A DNA stretch of 64,000 nucleotides from positions 35,871 to 99,870 of the forward strand of contig JAGTSG010000002.1 in NCBI GenBank assembly GCA_018261655.1, written 5' to 3'. Within the stretch, counting starts at the first letter, position 1. Each line of letters starts with the position of its first letter. The notes beneath the pieces are model-generated. The model saw nothing but the letters and a program-made list of their open reading frames with translations, had not been told where the DNA came from and ran no database searches. Shown one piece after another: positions 27,624 through 37,308 of the stretch. The translations under genes and the position numbers were made by a program. This stretch comes from Pseudomonadota bacterium (GTDB taxonomy: Bacteria > Pseudomonadota > Gammaproteobacteria > Steroidobacterales > Steroidobacteraceae).

Positions 27624-28591
27624 GCCGGCGCTCCCGCCAGCGGACGGTGGCACGCGACGCGGCCGTGCGCCGCTGCGGCCAGCGCCGGGACCACGTTCCG
27701 GCAGCGGTCGTGCACTCGGTCGCAGCGTGGCGCGAAGGCGCAGCCTCGCGGGCGTTCGCCCGGCGCCGGCGGGGTGCCCGGGATCGTTCGCATCGGGACC
27801 CCGGTCGGGTCGTCGAGCCGTGGCAGCGCCGCGAGCAGGCCTGAGGTGTAAGGATGCGCCGGGCGACTGAGGACTCCGGTCGTCGCGCCTTCCTCCACGA
27901 TCCTGCCCGAGTACATGACCGCCACCCGCTCGGCGAGGCCGGCCACGACACCGAGGTCATGGGTCACCACGACGAGCGCCATGCCGAGTTCCCGCCGGAG
28001 TTCCCGGAACAGCGCGATGACTTGCGCCTGCACGGTCACGTCGAGCGCCGTGGTCGGCTCGTCGGCAATCAACAGCCGTGGCCGGGGCATCAGGGCTGCA
28101 GCGATCGCGGCCCGCTGTCGGGTGCCGCCCGACAGTTCATGCGGATACTGCCGCAGCCTCGCCGCGGCGTCCGGCACCTGCACGCGCTCCAGCATGCGCC
28201 GGGCCTCCGCCCGGGCGGTCGCGTCGTCCACGTCGTGGTGACACCGCAGCGCCTCCGACAGCTGGTCGCCGATGCGCAGGTGCGGTGTCAGGCTTCCCGG
28301 CGCGTCCTGGAAGACATAGCCGATGCCGGCGCCCCTCAGCCGGCCCAGTTCCCGCTCCGGCAGGCCGAGGACGGACCGGCCGTCGAAGCGAACCTCGCCC
28401 CGGGCGCGACCATTGGCCGCGAGCAGGCCGAGGCAGGCGAGCAATGCCTGGCTCTTGCCGGAGCCCGACTCGCCGACGAGGGCGAGGCATTCTCCTTCCG
28501 CGACCTCGAGGTCGATGCCGGCCACTGCGTCCACCTCGCCTGCCGGGGTGGCGAAGGACACGGCCAGGTCGCGAACCTCGAACAACGCCAT
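27620..28591 (-). CDS. Peptide-type ABC transporter ATP-binding protein (OppD/DppD-like)
   Basis: Walker [10 protein letters not shown], signature LSGGTRQR, Walker B LLIADEP. ATG at 28591 overlaps the permease stop (ATGA). Confidence 0.85.
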   Translation of the reverse strand: MALFEVRDLAVSFATPAGEVDAVAGIDLEVAEGECLALVGESGSGKSQALLACLGLLAANGRARGEVRFDGRSVLGLPERELGRLRGAGIGYVFQDAPGSLTPHLRIGDQLSEALRCHHDVDDATARAEARRMLERVQVPDAAARLRQYPHELSGGTRQRAAIAAALMPRPRLLIADEPTTALDVTVQAQVIALFRELRRELGMALVVVTHDLGVVAGLAERVAVMYSGRIVEEGATTGVLSRPAHPYTSGLLAALPRLDDPTGVPMRTIPGTPPAPGERPRGCAFAPRCDRVHDRCRNVVPALAAAAHGRVACHRPLAGAPA

Positions 28592-29445
28592 CAACGCTCC
28601 CTCGGGTCCAGCGCGTCGCGCAGGCCGTCGCCCAGGAAGTTGAAGCACAGCACGATGATGACCAGGCACCCGGCCGGCGCGAGCAGGATCCACGGCGCGA
28701 TCTCCATCTCGGCCGCGCCGTCCGCGATCAGGTTGCCGAGACTGGCCAGCGGCTCCTGGATGCCGATCCCGAGGAAGCTGAGGAAGCTCTCGACCAGGAT
28801 CATCTGGGGAATCATCAGCGTCGCATAGACCACGACCGTGCCGGCCAGGTTCGGGACCAGGTGCCTGAAGACGACGCGTGCTGGCCCGGCGCCGGCCGCC
28901 ACGGCGGCCTCGACGAACTCGCGCCGCATCAGTCCGATGGCCTGGCCACGCACGACGCGCGCCATCGTGAGCCAGCCGACCGCTCCGATGGCGAGGAACA
29001 GCAGCAGCGGGCTGCGGTCGAAGACGACGGTCAGGACGATCACGAAGAAGATGCCCGGCAACGCGTAGAGCACGTCCACGAAACGCATCATGAGCGCATC
29101 CGTGCGCCCCCCGGCGTACCCGGCGACCGCGCCCCAGGTCACGCCGATGAGAAGACTGACGAGCGTCGCAAAGAGCGCGATGACCAGCGAGATCCGCGCG
29201 CCATGCAGCGTGCGCACGAACAGGTCGCGCCCGAGCCGGTCGGTACCGAGCCAGTGGCCGGACACCCAGTCCGGCGGGACGCCCATCATCGCCCAGTCGA
29301 GCTCGTCGGGTGCGTAGCGGCTGAGCGACGGCCCGGCCAGCGCGAGGACGCACAACGCCGTGAGCGTCACGAGGCTCGCGACCGCGGCGCGACTCGCGAG
29401 CAGCCGGCGAAGCGCGTCGCTCCAGACCCCGCGGCGCGCGCTCAC
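28591..29445 (-). CDS. Peptide-type ABC transporter permease (OppC/DppC-like)
   Basis: Six-TM BPD-transport permease. GTG at 29445 overlaps the upstream stop. The remainder of ORF 28591..29880 was rejected as an extension. Confidence 0.8.
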   Translation of the reverse strand: MSARRGVWSDALRRLLASRAAVASLVTLTALCVLALAGPSLSRYAPDELDWAMMGVPPDWVSGHWLGTDRLGRDLFVRTLHGARISLVIALFATLVSLLIGVTWGAVAGYAGGRTDALMMRFVDVLYALPGIFFVIVLTVVFDRSPLLLFLAIGAVGWLTMARVVRGQAIGLMRREFVEAAVAAGAGPARVVFRHLVPNLAGTVVVYATLMIPQMILVESFLSFLGIGIQEPLASLGNLIADGAAEMEIAPWILLAPAGCLVIIVLCFNFLGDGLRDALDPRER

Positions 29446-30374
29446 CGCGAGTTCCCCGGGCGCACGCGCGGGTCGAGGCAGGCGTAGGTAACGTCCACCA
29501 CGAGGTTCAGGACGATCATGAACGCGCCGTAGACGATCACCACGCCCATCACCAGGGTGTAGTCGCGGTTGAGTGCAGCCTGGACCAGGTAGCGTCCCAT
29601 CCCCGGCAGCCCGAAGAGGGTCTCGACGACGAGCGATCCGGTCAGTACCGCGGCTGCCGCCGGACCGAGGTAGCTCACGACCGGCGTAAGCGCCGCGGGC
29701 AGCGCGTGGCGCCAGACCAGGCGCAGCCGCGGCACGCCGCGTGCCCGCGCGGCGCGGACGAATGGGGAGCGCAGGACGTCGAGCATGCTGCCGCGCGTCA
29801 GGCGCGCGACGTAGGCCACGATCGGCAGCGCGAGGGTCAGTGTCGGCAGGACCACGTCGCGCCACTGGCCGGGCGCCCACCCTGCCACCGGGAGCCAGCC
29901 GAGATGGATGCCGAAGACGAGGGCCGCCAGCGGCGCAACCACGAAGACCGGCACCGCGATGCCGAGCACGGCGACCGCCATGACGGCGTGATCGGTCGGG
30001 CGGTTGTGGCGCATCGCAGCCAGCACGCCCAGCGGAACGCCGGCCAGGACGGCCACGATCATGGCCAGCGCCCCGAGCCCGAGGCTCACCGGAAGTCCCG
30101 CCGCGATCAGTTCGGTGACCGTGAAGTCCTTGAACTTGAACGACGGGCCGAAGTCGCCACGCAACAGGCCGCCGACGTAGCGTCCGAGCTGCACGTGCAG
30201 CGGCTGGTCGAGTCCGTAGGCCCGTTCGAGGTTGGCCTTGATCTCTGGCGGCAGTGCCTGCTCCTCGTCGAACGGACCGCCGGGAGCCAGGCGCATCAGC
30301 AGGAACGAGAGGACCACGATCAGCGCCAGTGTTGGAACGGCGCCCAGCAACCTCTTGAGGACGTAGGTGATCAC
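29442..30374 (-). CDS. Peptide-type ABC transporter permease (OppB/DppB-like)
   Basis: MITYVLKRLLGAVPTLALIVVLSFLLMRLAPGGPF is the typical DppB/OppB N-terminus. GTG start. Confidence 0.85.
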   Translation of the reverse strand: MITYVLKRLLGAVPTLALIVVLSFLLMRLAPGGPFDEEQALPPEIKANLERAYGLDQPLHVQLGRYVGGLLRGDFGPSFKFKDFTVTELIAAGLPVSLGLGALAMIVAVLAGVPLGVLAAMRHNRPTDHAVMAVAVLGIAVPVFVVAPLAALVFGIHLGWLPVAGWAPGQWRDVVLPTLTLALPIVAYVARLTRGSMLDVLRSPFVRAARARGVPRLRLVWRHALPAALTPVVSYLGPAAAAVLTGSLVVETLFGLPGMGRYLVQAALNRDYTLVMGVVIVYGAFMIVLNLVVDVTYACLDPRVRPGNSR

Positions 30375-30490
30375 CGTTGCGGCGGACCGTCGCCGGTCGG
30401 CTGGCGCTTCATCCTGGCACCCGTTTCATGCCGCACGGTGTCGCGGGGTGTCCCAACAGGATGATCGCGCCCACGCGAGCCCCTCATGCC

Positions 30491-30521
30491 AAAAAAAAGC
30501 GGCCTCAGTCGAAGCCGCTTT
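30491..30521 (-). terminator. Strong intrinsic terminator with no upstream minus-strand gene (attenuator or sRNA 3' end)
   Basis: Minus strand reads AAAGCGGC-ttcgactgag-GCCGCTTT followed by a run of eight T. It lies about 115 nt upstream of the dppB-like start. Confidence 0.7.
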
Positions 30522-30720
30522 CGCCATGCATTCGCGCGCGTCGAGCGTCTTGCGAATGCTCCCCTCGTGCCCCGCGTTGTCGTGTCGTTTTCGGCGGGGC
30601 GGTTCCCTCGCTCGAAGCCTCGGTGCGCCTGAAACCTACTCCCGGCCGCAGCGCGTCGCAAGACCCTTCGCGGATCGCGGGCGAAAAATCAGCCAGGCGG
30701 TCGCGGACAGGCGCGCCGGG

Positions 30721-30728
30721 TGTATACA
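30721..30728. promoter_or_regulatory. TGTATACA palindrome (GntR-type operator core), copy 1
   Basis: Exact 8-bp AT-rich palindrome in the intergenic region between the ABC importer and the IclR gene. Confidence 0.45.
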
Positions 30729-30785
30729 GGGCGGGCAGGAACTCCGCGGCCGGAGCGCTCCGGTGACGGTCAGAATGTCCGCCTG

Positions 30786-30815
30786 TTGGACAACGACTGG
30801 CTGATTACCTACACT
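30786..30815 (+). promoter_or_regulatory. Candidate sigma70 promoter of the IclR-family gene
   Basis: TTGGAC-N18-TACACT, ending about 38 nt before the ATG at 30853. Confidence 0.35.
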
Positions 30816-30852
30816 TGGCCTGCCGGTTTTCCCCAGCACGGCACCCCAGCAC

Positions 30853-31656
30853 ATGTCGGATTCCACACGACCCATCCGGGCCCTGATTCGCGGGCTCGAC
30901 GCTCTCAAAGTCCTGAATCTCAGGGATGGCGCGACGGTATCCGAAGTCTCCACCGAGATTCGCCTGCCGCGGACCACGACCTATCGCGTGCTCGAGACCC
31001 TGTGCGAGGCCGGCTATGTCTTCCGCGACCCGGCCGACGACAGGTACCGGCTCACGCTCCTGGTGCGGGGGCTGTCGGACGGCTTCGATGACGAGGCCTG
31101 GGTCAGCCAGATCGCCCGGCCGGTCCTGCACGAACTCGGTCGAGAGGTCGTGTGGCCGGTTGCGATCGCGACCCTCTCCGGCACCACGATGATGCTGCGG
31201 GAGACCACCGACCACCGCAGCCCGCTGGCGATCGAGCGGTATGCCGCAGGATCCCGCGTCCCGCTGCTGACCAGCGCCGCTGGCCGGGCGTACCTCGCCT
31301 GGTGCCCGACACCGGAACGCGAGACGCTCGTCGACATCCTGTCCCGGTCCGCGCGCGACGAGGACAGGCTCGCGCGCAACCCGGGCGAGCTCGCCAGGAT
31401 CCTCGCCGAGGTGCGCGCGCAGGGTTACGCGTCGGCCGTCCGTGCGCGGCGCGTGTCCGACGAGGTCAGCCTCGCCGCGCCGGTCACGGTGGACGATCGC
31501 CTGCTCGCCTGCCTGACGGTGCGTTTTTCCGCCGGCGCCGTGCCCATGAAGGCCGCCCTCGACCGGCTGCTGCCGCGGCTGTTTGCCGCGGCCGAGCGCA
31601 TCGGTGGCGAGTTTGCCGCGCAGCAGCGGGCGGGCAGTCGCGGCAGGCCACGGTGA
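30853..31656 (+). CDS. IclR-family transcriptional regulator
   Basis: N-terminal wHTH (GLDALKVLNLRDGATVSEVSTEIRLPRTTTYRVLETLCEAGYV) and a C-terminal IclR effector domain. Confidence 0.85.
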   Translation: MSDSTRPIRALIRGLDALKVLNLRDGATVSEVSTEIRLPRTTTYRVLETLCEAGYVFRDPADDRYRLTLLVRGLSDGFDDEAWVSQIARPVLHELGREVVWPVAIATLSGTTMMLRETTDHRSPLAIERYAAGSRVPLLTSAAGRAYLAWCPTPERETLVDILSRSARDEDRLARNPGELARILAEVRAQGYASAVRARRVSDEVSLAAPVTVDDRLLACLTVRFSAGAVPMKAALDRLLPRLFAAAERIGGEFAAQQRAGSRGRPR

Positions 31657-31721
31657 CGGCCGGCCCGCCGGTCCGCTGACCTGATGACCAACCAGTTGGA
31701 AGTGCCTGAGGAGTGAGTTCG

Positions 31722-32471
31722 ATGCGCAAGATCATGGTCTGCGTCAAGCGGGTGATCGACTACAACGTGCGCGTCCGCGTCAAGCCGGACGGGACGGGCG
31801 TGGTCACCGATGGGGTGAAGATGAGTATCAACCCGTTCGACGAGATCGCGCTGGAGGAAGCGCTCCGCATCAAGGAGCGCGGCGAGGCCGCCGAGGTGGT
31901 GGCGGTGAGCCTCGGCCCGGACGACGCGCAGCAGCAACTGCGGACTGCCCTCGCCATGGGCGCCGACCGGGCCATCCTGGTGAAGCAGGACGGCATCGTG
32001 GATCCGCTGGTGGCGGCGCAGGCGTTCCTGGCGCTGGCGCAGAAAGAGTCCATCGACCTGGTCCTGCTGGGCAAGCAGGCCATCGACGACGATGCGGCCC
32101 AGACAGGTCCCATGCTGGCCGCGCTCTGGGACCGCCCGCAGGCGACGGCCGCCTCGAAGCTCGAGGTCCGTGGCGACACGCTGGTCGTGACGCGCGAGGT
32201 CGACGCCGGACTAGAGGTGAACGAGATCGACCTGCCGGGCGTGGTGTCGGTCGACCTGCGGCTCAATGAGCCGCGCTACGTCAAGCTGCCGGACATCATG
32301 AAGGCCAAGAAGAAGCCGCTCGACGTCGTGGACCTCGCCTCGCTTGGCGTCGCCGCGGAGGAGCACGTCAGGATCGTGCAGTGGCAGCCGCCGGCCCAGA
32401 GGCAGAAAGGCGTCATGGTGAAGGACGCGGCCGAGCTCGTCGGCGCGCTGAAGCAGAAAGGGCTCGTGTGA
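31722..32471 (+). CDS. etfB: Electron transfer flavoprotein beta subunit
   Basis: MRKIMVCVKRVIDYNVRVRVKPDG ... MSINPFDEIALEEALR. GAGGAG Shine-Dalgarno sequence 8 nt upstream of the ATG at 31722. Confidence 0.9.
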   Translation: MRKIMVCVKRVIDYNVRVRVKPDGTGVVTDGVKMSINPFDEIALEEALRIKERGEAAEVVAVSLGPDDAQQQLRTALAMGADRAILVKQDGIVDPLVAAQAFLALAQKESIDLVLLGKQAIDDDAAQTGPMLAALWDRPQATAASKLEVRGDTLVVTREVDAGLEVNEIDLPGVVSVDLRLNEPRYVKLPDIMKAKKKPLDVVDLASLGVAAEEHVRIVQWQPPAQRQKGVMVKDAAELVGALKQKGLV

Positions 32472-33412
32472 TGAACAAGGTACTCATCGTCGCTGAACAT
32501 GCCGGCGGCAGGCTCAATCCGTCGACGCCGAAGTGCGTGACCTGCGCCCGCGGCATCCCTGATGCCGAGATCACCGTGCTGGTGCTGGCCGACGACGGCG
32601 CCGCCATCGCCGGGGAGGCCGCCCGGATCCAGGGCGTGGCGCGCGTGATCCGGGTGGACGACCCGGCCAATGCGCATCCGCTGGCCGCCGTGCTCGCCCC
32701 CCAGGTCGCCGCGCTGGCGGCGGGCTCGAGCCACGTGTTCGGCCCGTCGACGACGTTCGGGCGCGACCTCATGCCGCGGGTCGCGGCGCTGCTCAAGGCC
32801 CCGCAACTGTCGGAGGTGATGCAGGTCGAGGCGGTGAACCGCTTCCGCCGCCCGGTCTACGCCGGCAATGCGCTGGTGACGGTGGAGCTGCCGGTGGGCC
32901 GCCAGGTCGTCTGTACGGTCCGTGTCGCCTCGTTCGAGGCCGCCGGCACCGCCGCCTCGCCGGCACCGGTCGAGTCGGCCGCGCCGGGCGCCGTGCTGCC
33001 GCGCCACACGCGCTTCGTGTCGGTGTCTGCACCTTCCGGCGACCGCCCGGACCTGCAGACCGCTGCGCGCGTCGTCTCCGGAGGGCGTGCGCTCGGCAGC
33101 GCCGAGAAGTTCGGGATGATCTACCGCCTGGCCGACAAGCTCGGCGCCGCGGTGGGCGCCTCCCGCGCGGCGGTCGACGCCGGCTATGCCCCGAACGAAC
33201 TGCAGGTCGGCCAGACCGGCAAGATCATCGCGCCGGGCCTGTACATCGCCGTCGGCATTTCCGGCGCCATCCAGCACGTGACCGGCATCAAGGACGCGCA
33301 GACGATCGTCGCCATCAACAAGGACCCGGAGGCGCCGATCTTCGAGATCGCGGACTACGGCCTGGTCGGCGACCTGTTCTCCATCCTGCCGGAGCTCGAG
33401 TCCTTGCTCTGA
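32471..33412 (+). CDS. etfA: Electron transfer flavoprotein alpha subunit
   Basis: C-terminal FAD-binding signature [37 protein letters not shown]. The start overlaps the etfB stop by 1 nt. Confidence 0.9.
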   Translation: MNKVLIVAEHAGGRLNPSTPKCVTCARGIPDAEITVLVLADDGAAIAGEAARIQGVARVIRVDDPANAHPLAAVLAPQVAALAAGSSHVFGPSTTFGRDLMPRVAALLKAPQLSEVMQVEAVNRFRRPVYAGNALVTVELPVGRQVVCTVRVASFEAAGTAASPAPVESAAPGAVLPRHTRFVSVSAPSGDRPDLQTAARVVSGGRALGSAEKFGMIYRLADKLGAAVGASRAAVDAGYAPNELQVGQTGKIIAPGLYIAVGISGAIQHVTGIKDAQTIVAINKDPEAPIFEIADYGLVGDLFSILPELESLL

Positions 33413-33439
33413 CCGGCCTGCCGCCATGCGACCGGCTTC

Positions 33440-33478
33440 GGGCCCCGGCGCCTCGCGGCACCGGGGCCCTTCGTTCTG
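33440..33478 (+). terminator. Intrinsic terminator after etfA
   Basis: GGGCCCCGG-N12-CCGGGGCCC followed by TTCGTTCT. Confidence 0.6.
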
Positions 33479-33598
33479 GGCCCGGTTGCGACAGGATCCT
33501 GCGTCGACCCCCGTTTCATCAAGACATCAAGTGAAGAACAACTCGCAAGCTCTTGACTTTAAATCAATAGACTTGCGCACACAGGCGCGAGCAAGGGG

Positions 33599-34012
33599 CT
33601 AGCGCGCGGCGCCCGCCAACAGGACCAGTGCCAGCGCGAGAAGTACGGTCCACGTGCCGGCAGTGCCCCAGAAGCGCCCGAATGACCGCCCCGAGGTACC
33701 GCTGAGGCCGTAGGCATGCAGGCCGCGGCTGACGAGCAACAGGATCCCGCAGGCGTGGACGATGACGCCGCGGGCACCGTTGATCTCGGCCAGCAGCAGC
33801 AGCAGCAGGGCCAGTGGCACGTACTCGACGAAGTTCGCATGCACGCGCACCGCCCGCTCCATGCCGGGCTCGGTACCGACGCCGAGGCTGGTGCGGTACT
33901 TCCGGCGAGCGCGGACGACGAGGGCCGCAAGCCCCAGCAACAGCAGGCCGCACAGTGCCGCGTAGATCGCCGTAATCGGTGCCGACACGTCCCCTCCTCC
34001 AATCGTCGTCAC
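33599..34012 (-). CDS. MAPEG-family membrane protein (glutathione-transferase-like)
   Basis: 137 aa and about four TM helices. RAVRVHANFVEYVPLALLLL and RGLHAYG motifs are typical of MAPEG/YecN-like proteins. Confidence 0.7.
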   Translation of the reverse strand: MTTIGGGDVSAPITAIYAALCGLLLLGLAALVVRARRKYRTSLGVGTEPGMERAVRVHANFVEYVPLALLLLLLAEINGARGVIVHACGILLLVSRGLHAYGLSGTSGRSFGRFWGTAGTWTVLLALALVLLAGAAR

Positions 34013-34036
34013 TGGGTGTCCTTGAAGCGCAGCCGC

Positions 34037-34519
34037 TCAGAGCTGGCTGAGAACATACTCGGCGCTCGACACCTTGAACTCACCTGGCGCCTCGACATGG
34101 ACGGCCTTCACGACACCGTCCTGGGTGATCATGGCGAAGCGCTTTCCCCGTTGGCCCATGCCGAAGCCCGTAGCGTCCAGTTCCATGCCGAGCGCGCGGG
34201 TGAACTCGCCGTTGCCGTCGGCGGCCATGACGATCCGGTCACCGACGTTGGCAGACTTGCCCCAGGCGCTCATGACGAACACGTCGTTGACTGCGATGCA
34301 GACGATCCGGTCCACGCCCCTGGCGGTGAGCGCCGCCGCCTGTTCCACGAATCCGGGCAGGTGTCGCGCGCTGCAGGTCGGCGTGAACGCGCCCGGGACG
34401 GAGAACGTGACGACCTTGCCGGACCCGAAGAGCTCCGCGGTGGTCACGTTCGAAGGGCCGTCGGCCGTCATGACCTTCAGGGTCGCCGACGGGACCTTGT
34501 CGCCTGCCTTGATGCTCAT
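34037..34519 (-). CDS. Prx5-type peroxiredoxin
   Basis: VPGAFTPTCS peroxidatic Cys motif, about 160 aa. Confidence 0.9.
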   Translation of the reverse strand: MSIKAGDKVPSATLKVMTADGPSNVTTAELFGSGKVVTFSVPGAFTPTCSARHLPGFVEQAAALTARGVDRIVCIAVNDVFVMSAWGKSANVGDRIVMAADGNGEFTRALGMELDATGFGMGQRGKRFAMITQDGVVKAVHVEAPGEFKVSSAEYVLSQL

Positions 34520-34572
34520 GCAAGACTCCTTGGTGATGGGTTGGAGGGCCGTCGCGCAGCGAGGACCCGGGG

Positions 34573-35202
34573 TCAGCGCTTGAGCGCCCCGCGGGCGGCG
34601 TGAATGTGTGACGACATCACCGACGCCGCCCAGTCGGGATCGCGGGATTCGAGCGCGCTGCAGAGTTCCAGGTGATGCTGCGCACTTCGCGTCAGGTCGT
34701 CCGGCGTGTACATGTGGAAGGTCTTCATGACCAGCGGCGCCTCGATCAACGACGACAGCGCGCGTCGCAGGCGCGGGCTCGCCGCGGCTTCCTGCAGCGC
34801 GTGATGAAACCTGTTGTTGATTTCGCTGATGCGGTCAAGGTACCCGTCCCTGCGTTCGACGCACTCGCGATACTGCGCCTCCGCCAGTTCCTTCAGGGCC
34901 GCGAGTTGCTGGTCGCTCGCGTTCAGCGCCGCGCGACGCGCGCCATAGGCCTCCAGCATGGCCCGCAGTTCGAAGACTTCATCCGAGTCGGCCTCGGTCC
35001 AGACGGTCACGACGGCGCCGAAATTGGGCGTGAAGTCCACCAGTCCCTCGGACTGCAGGCGTCGCAGCGCCTCGCGCACCGGGGTGCGGCTCACGCCTGA
35101 GTGGGCGGCCACTTCCTGCTCGGTGATCCTAGCGCCGCCCGGGTAGCTGCCTGAGATGATGGCGTCCTTGACGGTCCTGTAGGCCTTGTCCACGGCGCGC
35201 AT
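34573..35202 (-). CDS. GntR-family transcriptional regulator (FadR/FCD subfamily)
   Basis: wHTH ITEQEVAAHSGVSRTPVREALRRLQSEGLV followed by an all-helical FCD-like domain. ATG at 35202. Confidence 0.85.
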   Translation of the reverse strand: MRAVDKAYRTVKDAIISGSYPGGARITEQEVAAHSGVSRTPVREALRRLQSEGLVDFTPNFGAVVTVWTEADSDEVFELRAMLEAYGARRAALNASDQQLAALKELAEAQYRECVERRDGYLDRISEINNRFHHALQEAAASPRLRRALSSLIEAPLVMKTFHMYTPDDLTRSAQHHLELCSALESRDPDWAASVMSSHIHAARGALKR

Positions 35203-35245
35203 CGAGTGCCCCCTGTCCGTGCCTGTCCTGCGGCGCTGGCCTGAC

Positions 35246-35253
35246 TGTATACA
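35246..35253. promoter_or_regulatory. TGTATACA palindrome (GntR-type operator core), copy 2
   Basis: Lies 44 nt upstream of the GntR-family gene start, in the gap after hyuB. The minus strand reads GTTGTATACAGT. Confidence 0.55.
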
Positions 35254-35340
35254 ACGAGCGCAGCACTTCGCCACCCGCCTGCGGCGAATCCGCCCGGCAG
35301 CGTTGCCACGGCCGGACGCAAGGCTGTCCGTGCCGGCCGC

Positions 35341-37269
35341 TCAGGCGGCACTGCGCCCCTTGGGTGCGCCGGTCGCCGCGCGGGCCACCTTGTCCGCCCT
35401 CGCCTTCGCCCAGGTGGTGAACTGCGGGGTGGCCGGGGGCTCGAGTCCGGTCTCCGCCTTGCAGCGGCCCTTCAGCTCTTCGACCGAATCGAATCCGCGA
35501 TCGAACAGCTTGACCGCGCCGCGTGCCGCGGCCATGTCGGCCCTGAGGGCCTTCGTCGCGGCCGCGTCCACCCTGCCATTCCTGATCACCACGCCGTAGC
35601 GGCGCGCGCCGTCCGCGGTCACGAGGCCTGCCTGGACGTCGAACAGCACCTGCTGCGGCGCGCGTTCCAGCGGGTCGCCACAGCCGCCACCGCCCCAGGT
35701 GTCGGCGATCAGCATGTCGCCGGGTTCCACCTTCACGTGGTCGACCTTGGACGGCAGCAGTTCGCGCGAGCCGTCACCACGTACCAGCGTCTTCGTGCTG
35801 CGTGCGCCCGGAAGTCCCCCATTGACGCCCCAGGGGTAGGTGAGCCAGCGATCGTCGTGGATCGAGATCTCGCCGTGCTCGAGGAAGCGGTAGCCGATCC
35901 TGAGTCCGTTTCCGCCCCGGAACTTGCCGGGACCGCCCGAGTCGGGAATGGTCTCGTAGATCTCGATCCTGAGGGGGAAGTAGCTCTCGAGGAACTCGTT
36001 GGGCACGTTGGTGAACGACGGCCACAGCGAGTGTCCATCCGGACCGTCGCCGAACGGCTTGCCCGGGATCCCGCCGAAGGAAATCTGGTACAGCTGGTAC
36101 CACTCGCCGTCCTTGTTGTACCCGGAGTACATGAAGTGCGGGCTGTCCGAGAAGCCGGCCGCGCACATGAAGGCCGGGTTTCCCTGGCCGAGCAGCCCGC
36201 CGAGGACGTCGAAGATGCGGCCGAGGGCGTGCGTGCGGCAGGACAGCGCCGCCGGCTTGAGCGGCTTGAGCAGCGTTCCGGGCGGGATGCGCACTTCCAT
36301 CAGGTCGTAGAACCCGTCGTTGAAGAGGATCTGCGGGTCGAACACCATGATCATGTAGACGCCCGCGAACATCTTGAACATCTCTTCGTTCAGCAGGAAG
36401 TTGATCGAGGAGATCGACTGCGGATCGGTGCCGGTGAAGTCGAAGATGCACTTGTCACCTTCGCGCCACATGGAGCAGGCGATCTTGTACGGGCCCATAC
36501 CCATGCCGTCGTCGCAGACGTAGTCTTCGAAGTACTGCCTCGACTCCGGGACCGTGCGGCGGATCAGCTCGCGCATCGCCCTCTTGTTGCGCTCGAGCAT
36601 GGCGTTCATCGCGGAGTAGAACACGTCGTCGCCGAAGCGCTCGGCGATCTCGATGCAGCGGATGCCGGCGGTCCGCAGCGCCGCGACGATCGCATTGAAG
36701 TCCGAGAAGTTCCAGGTCGGCAGGCGGCAGTTGTGCAGCACGACCTTGAGCAGGTCCTCCTGCAGCTGGCCCGCCTTGACGATCTTGACGGGAGGCACCA
36801 CCACGCCTTCCTCGTAGATGGTGCGCGCGTCCGTCGGCAGTGACCCGGGCACCTTGCCGCCGACGTCGGTCATGTGACCGAACATCGCCGACCAGGCGAC
36901 GATCCGGCCCTGCTTGTAGATGGGCATCAGCATCAGCCAGTCGTTGGCGTGGCTGATGGCGCCGTTCACCGAATAGGGGTCGTTGGTGAGGAAGATGTCG
37001 CCCTCCTCGACCGTCCCCTCGTAACCCTGCATGAAGCCCCAGATGAACGAGCCGAACTGGCCCACGACCATCTTCCCGTCCGGGTTGGCGATCATCGGGA
37101 ACTCGTCGTGCTGCTCGCGGATGCCGGGCGACATCGCCGTGCGGAACAGCACCGTGTCCATCTCGAAGCGCGCGTTGCGGAGCGCGCTCTCGATGATGTC
37201 GATGGTGACGGTATCGACCTTCACCTTCCTGAAGGACTTCTTGCTGCGCTGAATGATCTTGGCGGGCAT
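35341..37269 (-). CDS. Hydantoinase B/oxoprolinase-family protein (HyuB-like)
   Basis: N-terminus TVTIDIIESALRNARFEMDTVLFRTAMSPGIREQHDEFP and the overall Hydantoinase_B pattern. 642 aa. Confidence 0.85.
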   Translation of the reverse strand: MPAKIIQRSKKSFRKVKVDTVTIDIIESALRNARFEMDTVLFRTAMSPGIREQHDEFPMIANPDGKMVVGQFGSFIWGFMQGYEGTVEEGDIFLTNDPYSVNGAISHANDWLMLMPIYKQGRIVAWSAMFGHMTDVGGKVPGSLPTDARTIYEEGVVVPPVKIVKAGQLQEDLLKVVLHNCRLPTWNFSDFNAIVAALRTAGIRCIEIAERFGDDVFYSAMNAMLERNKRAMRELIRRTVPESRQYFEDYVCDDGMGMGPYKIACSMWREGDKCIFDFTGTDPQSISSINFLLNEEMFKMFAGVYMIMVFDPQILFNDGFYDLMEVRIPPGTLLKPLKPAALSCRTHALGRIFDVLGGLLGQGNPAFMCAAGFSDSPHFMYSGYNKDGEWYQLYQISFGGIPGKPFGDGPDGHSLWPSFTNVPNEFLESYFPLRIEIYETIPDSGGPGKFRGGNGLRIGYRFLEHGEISIHDDRWLTYPWGVNGGLPGARSTKTLVRGDGSRELLPSKVDHVKVEPGDMLIADTWGGGGCGDPLERAPQQVLFDVQAGLVTADGARRYGVVIRNGRVDAAATKALRADMAAARGAVKLFDRGFDSVEELKGRCKAETGLEPPATPQFTTWAKARADKVARAATGAPKGRSAA

Positions 37270-37308
37270 TCTTGCTTACTCCGTTGCAGTACCCGGGCCC
37301 ACGAGCCC

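Noticed and set aside
27620-29353. 577-aa ORF that would fuse an N-terminal extension to the DppD-like ATPase.
   Set aside because: The first roughly 250 codons overlap the DppC-like permease in another frame and look non-coding. The ATPase homology begins at MALFEVRD (ATG at 28591), which overlaps the permease stop.
30480-30720. I tried to assign the structured leader to known riboswitch classes: ykkC/guanidine, fluoride (AACCGCC present), ZTP (CCGCCTGG present), cobalamin, glycine, c-di-GMP and Moco.
   Set aside because: Only isolated 6-8-nt fragments match. The other conserved blocks of each class are missing. It is left unclassified rather than named.
30371-30977. ORFs of 96-145 aa on both strands in the gap between the ABC importer and the IclR gene.
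   Set aside because: They run through a strong terminator hairpin or overlap the IclR start. Their composition is Arg/Pro-rich and they match no recognisable family. I treated the gap as non-coding.
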